From assembly GCA_002104945.1 (NCBI GenBank), contig MCFH01000036.1:434001-498000 (forward strand): 64,000 bases of DNA, given 5' to 3'. The stretch's first letter is position 1; the number at the start of each line of letters is the position of its first letter. This stretch comes from Piromyces finnis finn (Eukaryota > Fungi > Neocallimastigomycota). This document shows, piece after piece, positions 1 through 12,930 of this stretch. Both the position numbers and the translations under genes were made by a program. The notes under the pieces are model-generated. The model was not told where the DNA came from and ran no database searches. It was given only the letters and a program-made list of their open reading frames with translations.

Positions 1-2031
1 TGTAGTTGATAATTAGCATTACCTAATACAAATTTCAATAGTAATGAAATGATTTAAAGAGAATGATAATAAAAGTTGGCATAAAAATTTGTTATTACAA
101 AGGAATTTATTATTTAAATTGATGCATTATACACTTTTTATATATACATCTATAATATTGAATAATAATAAATAACCAGTTTAATGAAATAAATAATTAA
201 TATAAATTTAAAAATTTTTTAGGTTCAAAAAAATATATTAATTTTAAATGTTTAAATCTTAAATATTATTATTTAAACTTTTGAAATGTAAGTTACATAT
301 ATTACAATTAATTTTTAAAAAATTTTGGTTCACATTATTGGTTATAATATAGTAGTTCCTAAATCTTATTCACTAAAAAATAGGTAATAATTAAAATTTT
401 AATTTTTTGGTATAATTACAGATTTTTAAAAACAACGATTTCAAGTTTAAAAAAACTCTTTTTTTTTTAAATATATTCCTATGAAGTGAAATATATAATT
501 TTTTAAAATTAAAAAAAAATGAATGCTATAATCTTTATCTTGGCTAAATGTTTTTTTTTTAATATACATAGTTCATGGCTTCATTTTCAATTTTCATTCT
601 ATAAATATCCTTTAAATAATCATTCATTCAATTATTACACAATTATAGTAAAAAATAATGTATACATATAATTGTTTTTTTATATAAAATAAAAAAAAAA
701 GTAACAAAGATACTCTTATGATTAAAAAAAAGTACACACTTATTAAAATTATTGAATCATCATATATAGCCAAAAAAAAAAAAAAAAAAAAAAAGTATTA
801 TTGTCATCACATATAGCCATTTAATCAAACAAGTAAAAAGTGTCAAAAAAAAAAGTAATACTACTTAATATTTAATTGGTTTCTTGATATAAATTAAAAT
901 ACTTTGGGTATATATTATAAATATATCCTTAATATAGATGTAATATAACAATGCATTATATAATAATGATATATCCTTTTATGTTTATAATAAAATTGAT
1001 TAAGCCTTAATATACATTCAAAATATTACTTTTTAAAAAGTTTATATTTTACATAAATTATATATTAGAATATAAAGTATAGAATGGAGTAATATAATAT
1101 ACTATACTATAATAATATATAAATTTGATAGTATATATTATTGTAATATATTGGTTTGTACTTTTAATATATCAAATAACTAATTTATTTAATTTATTTT
1201 GTATTACAAATACATTTATAATATGTCGTACAAACATGGTTCATATAATAATTTGTCTTTTGCATGAGAATGTTACAACACCATAAAAATTATATAATAA
1301 AAATTAACAATGAAATATATTGCATTATACTTGGATATATAATAATTAAATTTCAAAAAGAATATTTAAGGAATACCTTTTTTCCTTCATTAATAAATTT
1401 TTAATTTTAAAATTTTATTTCAAGTTGAATACTTGGTTTTAAAAAAACGAATTGTATTTAAAGAAGAATAAAATGCTTTGAAAGTACTAGAGTATTTTTA
1501 AATCTTTTTTTAATGTATTTATGTATATTTATGTATATATTAGAATAGTTAAAAAACAAAAAAAAGATAAAAATATTTTATTAAATAATTATTTCAAAAA
1601 TATATGAATTTATAAATACTATCAAAATACTTAATATTTGATATAAAAGTGCAATGTAAAATTAATTATTTCTATTATTGAAAAGAAATTAAACCAAATA
1701 CAATATATAAAATTTATTAGTATTATATTTTATAAAAAAAAAAAAAAAAACATTCTCGTTGTTTAAATACGATATAGAAAACATTATAGAATTTATTAAA
1801 AAAAAGAATAATAATAAATATTATTTACAACCCTATCCAATTATTTGTAAATATTTGTAAAATAATAATAAAAAAAAAAGAGATAGAGAAATAATTTATC
1901 AATATATTAGTACATATTATCAGGTAAATATTTATTTTATCATGTTTATTATACTTATATATAAATATTTTTTTATTAAGAATATAATATTCATTAAAAG
2001 AAAAAACTATATTTTTTAAAATAAAATAGAA

Positions 2032-4180
2032 ATGGCTCAGTATGGAATATTATTAAGAGAACAACAAACCCCAATGTTAGAAGGTTCTCCTTCAAATTTT
2101 GGCTATTCTATTTATCCAAGCCCAGATAGATACAAGCAGAATTCAATTGTAAATATCATAATGAATTTAATAGCTTAAAATTTGATAAAAAAATACTTAT
2201 AAAATTACTTTTTGTTTTTAAATTGTTTAAATATATTAGGATTTAAATCTTCAAATGAAAAATAGTAATCCAAATTATTATGGTAGAAGTCAAAGTTTTA
2301 TTGATGAACAGAATTATTTATTAAAAGTTGCTGCTGCAAAAGAAATTCAAGAAAATAATATAAATATATTGAATAATGTTAATTACAATAGTGCGGAACT
2401 ATGGGATGAAATAGGAAATACATCAGATCATCAAGCTTACGTTCAAAATGCCTTTTGTTCATCCTATTATCCACAAAAGAATGGAAAAATTTCACAGCCA
2501 CAAAATTGTATTATGACTTATGGAAATATAACTCCAATTTCACCAAATCATAATAAATTACTTGTAAATAGTAAATTTATCCCTAGAAATAAAATGGTTG
2601 ATGGTTCATCCTTTATATCAGATATTAATTCACCTGCATTCAAAAAAAATATAGATATTATCCAACACCAGTCAAAATTAATTAATAATAATATTGAGAA
2701 TAGTGTATTGGCTCTATCTTCATCTCTTTCTATTCCGGATTTAAAGGCTATTAATAGTGGAAAACTAAATTTGATCTCTGATACTAATAATGAAGAAATA
2801 ATGGCCGTAAATACATTACTTGGACCAAAAAACAATATAGATAACACATCATTATTAAATGATGTAGTAATGATTCCAAACAGTATTTCTAGTATCAGTC
2901 AAGAATCTTTATTACCAGCAGGAAATTTACAAGATTCATCTGAGTTAGTAACTATACCATTTGTTCAAAATAATCAGAAAATAAATGAGAAATTTCTCTC
3001 ACCTGTTTTGTCACCTACTATTAGTCAAATTTGTCCAAGTAATTCATTAGCTATTCAATCAAAAACATTAATTGCAAATCCAAAAGTATTAGAATACGAA
3101 AAGGTAAATAAATTAAGAAGCCATGTTATTCCATCAAATATAACATCAATTGAGAGGAAGACTAATAAAGCTTCTAGATCTCTTCCCACAGCAAATTTAA
3201 AAAAAACAAATCAACTTTCCATTAAAACAAATATTGTAAATAATAATATGGAAGAATCGCTTGTACATAAAACAGATATTAACGTCAATATTTCAAAGGA
3301 AAAAGATGCACGTTTATTAGATGATGCTATGACACAAAATATAAACATTAACATTTCAAAACAACCTTCAGATTTACTATTTAGCAAACCTGTATTAGTT
3401 GAGGAACCATTAGAAGACAATACCTTAATAGTTACAGCAAATACTAATAAATTAATACCAAAAGTTTCGTCTACTATTACTGGCAATGATGACTATGTTA
3501 ATTCTATCCTTGTAAAAGTACCTAATAAGAGAAAAGAAGAGAAGAGTAAAAAGGTAAATAAAAGTCAATCTGAAGTAATAAAAATGGAAATTGAAAGACA
3601 TGAAGCAAAAAAAGAAGAAATTCCAAAGGAAGAAACAAATATAGCAAAAAATTCTGAATCTAAATTAGTATCATTAGAAGAAGAAAAAAAGAAAATAAAA
3701 ACTTTTAAAACTGGAGTTAAAAGTAAAATTGAAGAAGCAAAGAAAAAAAATAAGGAAAATCTATTACCAGAAAAATCTTCTAAAAGCATATCTGAAAAAG
3801 AAGTTAAAAGTAAATCTTCATCAACAAAAAAATCTGAAAACTCTAAAAGAGATGCTAATGGCGCTACTTTTAATAATCCACCAAAGAAAAGACAAAGATT
3901 CTCTGCAAAAAATGTTAATCATGATCCAGCGGCCATAGAAGCCCATTTATTATTAAAACGCAAAAGAAATACAGAAGCTGCCAGACGTTCAAGACAAAGA
4001 AAAGTATTACAAATGAAAAATTTAGAAGAAACAGTAGAAAAACTTACTAAGGAATTGGAAAAAGCTAATAGTAAAATAACAGAAATAAATATGAAATATG
4101 AAAAGGTTGTAGAAGAATCAAGAGCCTATAAAGCAAAGATAAATATATTAGAAGAAGAACTTAAAAAATATAAACAATAA
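2032..4180 (+). CDS. GCN4: Gcn4/CpcA-like bZIP transcription factor (2 coding exons: 2032-2148, 2240-4180)
   Basis: The C-terminus HDPAA...[30 protein letters not shown] matches the Gcn4 basic region and leucine zipper ([21 protein letters not shown]). The upstream ATG at 2032 joins the 641-aa ORF in frame through a GT-AG intron at 2149-2239. Orthology to Gcn4 rests on the bZIP region only. Confidence 0.8.
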
Positions 4181-4511
4181 ATGGATAAAAGGAATAAATT
4201 CTTAATTCTTCGCATATTGTATATCCTTTGAGATATTAAAAAACAACAAAATATTTTATGTATATCTTTTTCATTTTTTAAAAATATTTTATTTTCTTTT
4301 TATTCATTAGATAGACTTGTAAATAATAGTATTCATATTTCCATTAATGATGATTCTAAAAAAAAAAAAAAAAAAAAAAAAATTAACAAAATAATACTAT
4401 TGTTATTTTTATTATTACATGTTATTATTATCTTGAATATTTTTTAATAATAACAATAATAATGAAAACAAAAACAAAAAACAAAACAAAAATCTAAAAA
4501 AAAAACAAAAA

Positions 4512-4550
<39 letters not shown>

Positions 4551-5484
4551 TAATATTATTTTATATAAAAAGTACTAACTTTGTTTTGTTTTTATTTGTT
4601 TTTGTTTTTGTTTTTTGTATATATAATATAAAGTAAGATTTATAAAATATTTAATGTATTTTTATACTTTATAAATATTTTATTTTTCTTTATTATTTCT
4701 TTTTTTTTATTTATTTATTTTTTATACCTACTTATACTTGAATTATAAGTTTTTATTGCTTAAAATAATTTTTAACTAAACTATATTATACTTGAAATGC
4801 TTAATTCAAAAATGAAATTTTCTTTATATAGGGAACCAAAATAACAATATTAATTATAACAAATAAAATAAATTATAAAATACATATATATATATATTTA
4901 CATAATAGTTGTTATTTATTGATGTTATTAATATTTTCGATACAATTTATATATACCTACACAAATATATAAATAAAATAATAATAATTAATATTTTAAA
5001 TTACTAAAGATTATTCTTTTAAGTATGTCAGTATGTACATACAACTAATAATTAAGAAAAAAGTTAAGGATTAAAGTTACCAACAAATTCGTATTCTAAT
5101 TTTTTTTTTTTTTTTATGTATTTATTTATATTATATTATTAGTAACTAGTAAATCCTTCTATTTTATTTATTATTTACAACTTTATAATTATTTAATTTT
5201 TAGTTATTAAAAATAAAAAGAAAGTTTTATAGATTACTGTTGTTTTGTATTTAAAGTTAAAATATATTGTACAAAAAGTTTTTATTAAATTTCTATTTTT
5301 ATACATTGAATATATAAAAGCAAGTTACAATTATATATTTACAGAATAATTTATAATATATAGGTAAATATATTATTAAAAAAGTTTATTAAGATATAAA
5401 CATAAAAAAATTTTTTTTTTTTTTTATTTTACTTTATTAATATTATATTTTTTTCATAATAGTAAAAAAAATAAATAAATAAAA

Positions 5485-6983
5485 ATGGTTAACTATCAAT
5501 GTTCTGTCGATTTAATTTCAGAAGAAGTTCAAAAGAGCTTACCAGAAGGTTATCATGTTAGACCACTTGAAATTGAAGACTATGCCAAGGTATTTATTTT
5601 TCATTAATTTCTTTGAGGTGTAAAATACACATATAAAAAATTATTTTTAAAATATTAGAATATCTTATACATATATGTATAAAAATAAAGATAAATTGAT
5701 CATCCATTTATCAATATTATATTATACTAAAATATAAAAGTAGAATAAAATAAAATTAAACATGAAAAATGAATAAATAAATAAAAGTTGGAAAAAATAA
5801 AATGAAATAAAAAAATTATATTTTAAATGCATATATGATAAATAATTGTATTTATATATAAGGTTCATTATTAATATTTATATTTTTCTTAATAACTGAA
5901 GGGTCATCTCGATTGTTTAGCCCAACTTACTACTGTTGGTGAAATCAAAAAGGAAGATTACGAAGCTCGTTTCAACTATTTAAAGGACAGACAAGATACT
6001 TATGCCAGTATTGTCATTGAACGCGATGACTCCAAGAAAGTTGTTGCGTAAATATTAAGTCTATATATATGTTAAAATAAACATGTTAATGTACAAATAA
6101 ACTAATATATAAAATATTATTTATCATTTATTTTAATAATAATTATTTTTAAATAATATATTAACATTCGGAAATTTGCAGTAGCGGAACGTAAATATCT
6201 ATATATAAAATAATTAATATTCAATAATATATCTATTATTAAAATATTATATTTTATAAATATTTATTTTAGTTTAATTGTTGAAAGAAAATTCATCCAC
6301 GCTCTTGGTTTAGTATGTCTTGCTTATAAATATATATTTAAAAAACTCAAATATATTAACTATTTTCATATATTCAACATATTTACTTTAAATATAATTT
6401 TTATAACTTTAAATTATAATATTATTGTTATAATAGTGTGGACATATTGAAGGTATAACTTTATTTTTATTATAAATACTAATAACTATATGTTAAAGAA
6501 AACAAAAGAAAAAAAGGAGAATACAATAATAATTATTTATAAATTTTGTTTTTCAATAATTAACAGATATCGTTGTTGACAAGAACCAACGTGGTAAGAG
6601 ACTCGGTCTTTAGTATGTATTAAAATTAAAGCTATATATCTAATATATAAATATCAAAAGTTTTGATAGTTATACTTAGAAATAATTATAAAGAAAAATA
6701 CTAAATATACAATTTTTAATATAATTATAAATAAATATAGCGTTATTGAAACCTTAAAGCAAATTGGTAAGACTATGGGTTGTTACAAGATTATTTTAGA
6801 TTGTAATGATGGCAACATTGTAAGTTTATCAAAATTTTATTTTATTAATAATTAATTTTATTCTTTTATATATAGATTAAATATTTTTTATTAATTGTCA
6901 TTTATTTTATTATTAAAATTTAGCCATTCTACCAAAAATGTGGTTTCGAAAAGAAGGAAAACGAAATGGTTCACTACTTTTGA
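5485..6983 (+). CDS. GNA1: Glucosamine-6-phosphate N-acetyltransferase (7 exons; absent from the ORF track)
   Basis: Exons ~5485-5589, 5902-6047, 6182-6190, 6273-6312, 6437-6452, 6567-6612, 6741-6819 and 6924-6983 (8 segments counting the last) splice into LPEGYHVRPL...ASGTLIVERKFIHALGLCGHIEDIVVDKNQRGKRLG...GCYKIILDC...PFYQKCGF. This is the GNA1 GNAT signature. Confidence 0.95.
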
Positions 6984-7489
6984 CTAGATGGACCCAATAA
7001 AAAGCAACAACAACAATTCAAAAGAAGTGTTCTCTAAGTTAACTTTAAAAAATGAAAAAAATAATATGAAAATACAATTATCTTCAAGAACAACATTTAA
7101 TAAAAAATTAAGATAATTAAATATAAAAACAAGATATTTAATAAAAAAAAAAGGGGAGAAGAAATCTAACAATTAATATATAGCATACTAAAGATAACAA
7201 AATGTATTATTAAAATAATTTAATAAATTAATATGTAATATATTAATACTATTATTAATAAAAATAATAATAGAATAGAAAGCCAAAAAAAAAAAAAAAA
7301 AAAAAAATAAAAACAACAAATAAATAATAAAAAATAAAAAAAGAAAAGAAAAGAAATACAAAATATAAAATATATACATTAATGAAAATTAAATAATGAT
7401 GATAATAAACTATAGCAATTGTTATCATTATTGCTGGTGTTACTATTGAATTAATACTATTAATTGTTCATATAAATTTGTTTTAATAC

Positions 7490-7686
<197 letters not shown>

Positions 7687-7718
7687 AAAACTATTTTAAA
7701 TAAAGATTATTATTTAGT

Positions 7719-7726
7719 CCAATCAT
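7719..7726 (+). promoter_or_regulatory. CCAAT box (CCAATCAT) upstream of Nup50
   Basis: Lies 113 bp before the ATG. The same 8-mer recurs upstream of three other genes. Confidence 0.5.
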
Positions 7727-7838
7727 GTTTATTTTTAAGTTTTTTATTATAGATTCATAATTAAATTAATTTTTTAGCTTTTTTTTTATTATATTAAAAG
7801 AATATTTATTATTTTATTTTTATTTTAATAATAAAAAA

Positions 7839-8310
7839 ATGTCAAAGAGAGGAGCTGAATTTTATTTAACAGACAGAAATTTCAATTCATACAACGAAGA
7901 AGAAGATGATGGAGAAGTAAATAAAATAATGAAAATATTTTTATTTTATAATGGAAATAAAATACCAAATAATATTATTAATATTACAAATAATGAAAAG
8001 ATTGAAATTAAAATTAAAATTAAAATTAATGAAATTGGAATTAATAATTTACGGGTTATATTTATTTATTTATTTTATATTATTTTATTTTCTCATTATT
8101 ATAAATTAATAAATAAATAAATAATAGGGAAATACCTTCAAAAGAGCTTCTGAAGATGTTTTACGCCAAAGAAAGTAAATATCAATTCAAAATTTCTAGA
8201 ATAAATAAGTTATAAAAAGAAAAATTGAAGATTTCTTATTAAAATAATAAAATAACAACAATAATAAGCCAATTAATTAAAATAAATTTTTATAAAATTA
8301 TAATTCTTTC

Positions 8311-8341
<31 letters not shown>

Positions 8342-10009
8342 TAATGAAAATAATTAAATTATTATAATTTCTAAAGAATAAAACCATTAAAAAGACATTC
8401 CAGAGCTACTTTAAAAGTATATATTAAATATTTAAAATAATAATAAAAAAAAAAAAATCTATAATTAAAAACTATTTCAAATATAGTTGATCATACTAAT
8501 CTCTAATATAACTTTTTTCGTAATATTAAATAATTTATTTAAAAAAAAAAATCAACAATTAAATTTCAAACTATAATTCATGTAATTTTAAATTCAATCA
8601 AATCGAAATTTAAAATAATAAAGAAACATGTTGATTCCTCATCTTTATCATCATTCAGTTTCAATGCACCAGCTGCTTCTACTACATCTTCAACTTTATC
8701 AAAGCCATTCTCAAATACTACTACCACTATTACTGCTACTACTACTTCAAATACAAATAATGAAATGAAAGATAAAGTAAAGAAATTTACAGAACAAATT
8801 CGTGGTTTAAATGAAAGTTTCGTTTCTTTCCTTTCAAAATCTATTAAGGAAGATATTGTTTTTGATATTTCATTAAATATTGATCAATATCAAGATAAAA
8901 GAAAGGAAATTGAAAAGCAATATGATGATGTTATTAAATATTTAACAAATAATAAGGACTCCTTAAAACCAGAAACTAAAAGTAATTTCTCATTCAAAGC
9001 TTCAGATACTACTACCACCACTACTACTATTTCTTCAACAAAACCATCCTTTTCATTCTCAAAACCAACTGAAGATAAGCCAAAAGAAACTAAACCACAT
9101 ACTTTCAGTTTTGGAAATACAGCTTCCACTACTACTACTACTACTACCACTACTACAACAACTACTACTACTACTAAACCAACCTTTACCTTCAATAGTT
9201 TAAGTAAAAGTACCACTGATGACAAATCAGCATCTACTGCATCAACCTTTTCATTTGGTAGTAAACAAGATAGCAAACCAGCTACTACATTTTCCTTTAA
9301 TAAGCCAGACGATACTAAGTCAGCACCAACTTTTTCCTTTAACTTAAATAAAGACAAGACCACTACTACCACAACTACTACTTCATCTGCTCCAACATTC
9401 TCATTTAATAAACCAGCCGAAAATAAAGATAATGATACTGCTTCTAAACCAACTGTTCCAACTTTCAAACCATTTACTTTTAACTTTGGTCAAACAATGG
9501 CTAATTCCACTCCAGAAGATCAAGGCAAAACTTTACCAAAGCCAAACTTTTCATTTGGTGTTGCACCACCATCCAAAGCAGAAATTGCTGCTGCCGCTGC
9601 TGCAAATGACGATGAAGAAGAAGAAGAATCTGAGCAAATTCAATTAACTACCGGTGCTGGTGAAGAAGATGAAAGTACTATATTTGAAGTAAAGGCTAAA
9701 GTTCATTATTATTCAGTAGAAGAAAAGAAATATATTTCTCGTGGTATTGGTCTTTTAAAGGTTAACAAAAATAAAAAAACTGATAAAACTAGATTATTAG
9801 GAAGAATGAATAACGGTAGTGTATTCTTAAATGTTTCCTTATTCAAGGAAATGGTTGTTTCTGATCCAGCTAATGCCAATCAATTTTCATTTAATGCTAT
9901 GGATCGTTTAGAAGGTAGCGATGAAGTTAAAATGTTAAAATTCGCTGTTCGTGTTAAAGATAAGGAAAGTGCTAAAAAATTATACGACACTATAATAGAA
10001 AATAAATAA
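7839..10009 (+). CDS. NUP2: Nup2/Nup50-like nucleoporin (NUP50 N-terminal motif, FSF/FG repeats, C-terminal Ran-binding domain)
   Basis: Exons ~7839-7916, 8128-8174, 8377-8416 and 8624-10009 give MSKRGAEFYLTDRN...FKRASEDVLRQRKIKPLKR. This is followed by repeated FSF/FTF/FSFG motifs and TGAGEEDESTIFEVKAK...RGIGLLKVN (RanBD1-type). Confidence 0.85.
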
Positions 10010-12508
10010 ATAAACTTTAAAATAATAATTTAAAGTAAATTTTATTTATTAATATTAAATATATATATATATAAATTTATTTATTTTATTATAATGTATT
10101 TAATATACTTTCTTATAATTTAAAAAAAAAATCATAATTATTTTTTTTCTTTTATTTATATTACAAAAATATCTTTTCCAGTTTAATCTATTTTTTCTTT
10201 TTTATTTATTATTCTTTTCACTTATTTTCATATGTTTGCCAAAATAGTTTATATATTTAATACAATAAATATAAATAAAATAAAATAAAATAAAATAAAA
10301 TAAAATATAAAAAATATTATCATTAAATTTATTAAATATAAAATATACTATTAATCATCCATTTTATCTTATAAATAATCTTAATTAAGGATTGGATTTA
10401 AAATAAAGGGTTGGGTTACCTAAATAATAATTAAAGGGTTAAGTTATAATAATATAATGAGATATAATAAATCTTTTTAAACTATCTTTTTACATATACT
10501 TCATCGATTTGCATTATTATTCTATTAGAAATTTTAAAAAAAAATAATGATAATATTGATAATAAAAATGGAATTATATTTTTATTGTTTAATGAATAAA
10601 AAAATAAAATTATTCGATGTTATTTATTTTAATATATTGTTTTTTTGTTTTTTTGAAAATTACAACAAATTAAAATCCCAATGATTATTAAAAAAAGGAT
10701 TTATTTTTTTGTTTTTGTAAATATATTTATTTTATATTTTATTTTATATTTTATTTTTTTTTTTTTTTTTTTTTTAATAAAAGTCATTTTTAATATTTTT
10801 AATGATAGATAAAAAACATTGTAATATAATTCAATTGTAAAACCACCTTATATATTGAATTATTAAAAAATAGGATTAAGAGAAAAATAAGTAATATTTT
10901 TTTTTATTAAAATCTCTATTATTTTATAATATTTTGATAAAAATAATAATTAAAATTTATATCTATTAATATGATTAGAAGAAACATATAAATGTTAAAA
11001 AAAGTTTTTTTTTATTAACATACTATTTATTATATTAACTAAAATTTAATATTATACATATGTATATTATACTTAAAAAAATTATACTTTAATTTAATTA
11101 ATAAAATTTGATTTTCAATTTTTGTTGAACTAATATAGTTAACATAAGTTGCATTATTTGATCATTTCTTTATTATGCTATTTTTTTTTATTTGTTATTT
11201 AGAATATATTCCTATTTAATAAAATTGAATAAAACAAGATGGCAGTTTAATATTGAATAAATTCTAATATTCTTAATGTTTCTTTTTCTTTTTTTTTTTT
11301 AATATAAATATTAGACCTTTTTTATGGAATATTTTATTATATCAGTAACAATTACTAGATCCATCAAAATGTTACTTATTAGAACTACTAATGATAAGAA
11401 TTATTATAGTACAATTCAATCACTTGATATATATTGAGAATAAGGTTTTAATGAATTATAAAAATATTCATTCAAAATGTCTTTTATTCAGTTTTATTGG
11501 TCGACTTATAATATTCCAACCTAGAAGGAACATTATAAATAATTTCTATATACATATAATAAAAAACTTAGAAGGTAGAATTTATATATTTATTATATTT
11601 ATTATATATTATATTATATATAATTGTAAAGAAAGCTGAAGGAGAAAATTATATATTGGGTAAATACAGAGAATTATAAAATTTAATGAGAGGATGGTTC
11701 AACATGAACAGATCACAAGCATAATTAGGTGTAATGTAACACTATTACTACCAATAATAATTTTTGGAAGTCCTCTCATAATCATAACAAATATAAATAA
11801 TCTAAATAATTTTAAAATTTAAGTGAGATTTATTAAAGCCAATGAATATAAGGCAATTTAAGTTAAGAAATTTGCTTCTTTTATTGATGTTTTTTTTTTT
11901 TTTTTTTTTTTTTTTCCCTTTTACAATAGTATTTTTTTTAATACCTTTAGTGTCTTTAATTCGGTTAATCAGTTTTTCGTATAAAAATTAAGATATAAGG
12001 ATAAATTATTTTGATAAGAAAAGCCGCGAGGCCCTCTACAGACTCCCATGAATTGTAAAGCTGTTCATTCAAGTGTCTTTGTTCTGCCTTATCGGTTTGT
12101 AGCTCATCATCATAAGCTAAAGTTCTACCAAGAAGGAACGTAAAAATATAGTTATAAATTTTTTTCTTCTATTTTGGGGTGTAAGTAAAAGATGACTTAA
12201 TTCTTATATTTATTATAAAAAAGAATAAAAAGATCATCAAAAAAGCTAAGAGAAGGAGTTTGTATTCAGAGAATACAAAACATTCTAATATCCAATAGTG
12301 AAAAGATTGTTCATTATATTTGTAACATGAACAGACACGAAATAAGTCAGGAGTAAATAATAATAGTATAATCATAAGCAAACTCGTAACATAATTTAAT
12401 AAATCTTTAGATCCTACTTTTTTTTTTTTTTTATAAGGAAGAGAATAAACTTCTTGTATTTATTTATTTAATTTGAGATATTGCATTATAAATATATATA
12501 TATATATA

Positions 12509-12683
12509 TTTTAACGGCATCAAATATTTTAAACTTTATTATTAATTTAATTAAAGTAATAAAAAAAATTATGTTTAAATAAACACAAATGAATAAAAAT
12601 TGGGTATAATGTATTCTAGTAATTTTAATTAAAGTAAGAAAACCACTATTATACTAAGGTATAATAATTGTATTTGACTTCAA

Positions 12684-12719
<36 letters not shown>

Positions 12720-12930
12720 GGCATCAAATATTTTAAACTTTATTATTAATTTAATTAAAATTATAATACATGTAATAAAAAATTAAAAATAAATAAAAAT
12801 AAAAAAAAAATATGTTTAAATAAACACAAATGAATAAAAATTGGGTATAATGTATTCTAGTAATTTTAATTAAAGTAAGAAAGCCACTATCATACTAAAG
12901 TATAATAATTGTATTTGACTTCCAATGGGA
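12509..12930. repeat. Tandem duplication (~180 bp and ~218 bp copies) separated by T28
   Basis: Copies at 12509-12688 and 12713-12930 both run from ttttaacggcatcaaatattttaaac to tatttgactt(c)caatggga. They differ by a few substitutions and one AT-rich indel. A poly-T tract lies at 12689-12716. Confidence 0.95.

Noticed and set aside
605-979. ATATCCTTT matches to the U12 (AT-AC) donor consensus at 605 and 971
   Set aside because: They are intergenic with no exon context or U12 branch point. All introns I reconstructed are GT-AG.
2548-3938. Short ORFs overlapping the bZIP gene (2548-2847, 3211-3486, 3565-3789, 3729-3938)
   Set aside because: They are antisense or alternative-frame shadows of a real CDS with no recognisable motifs.
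6984-7379. Hydrophobic minus-strand ORFs; similar ones at 18929-19156 and 62346-62537
   Set aside because: They are F/I/L/Y-rich products of A/T homopolymers in UTR or intergenic DNA.
8890-9647. 192-aa poly-Val antisense ORF and a 71-aa frame-shifted ORF
   Set aside because: They mirror the poly-Thr codons of Nup50.
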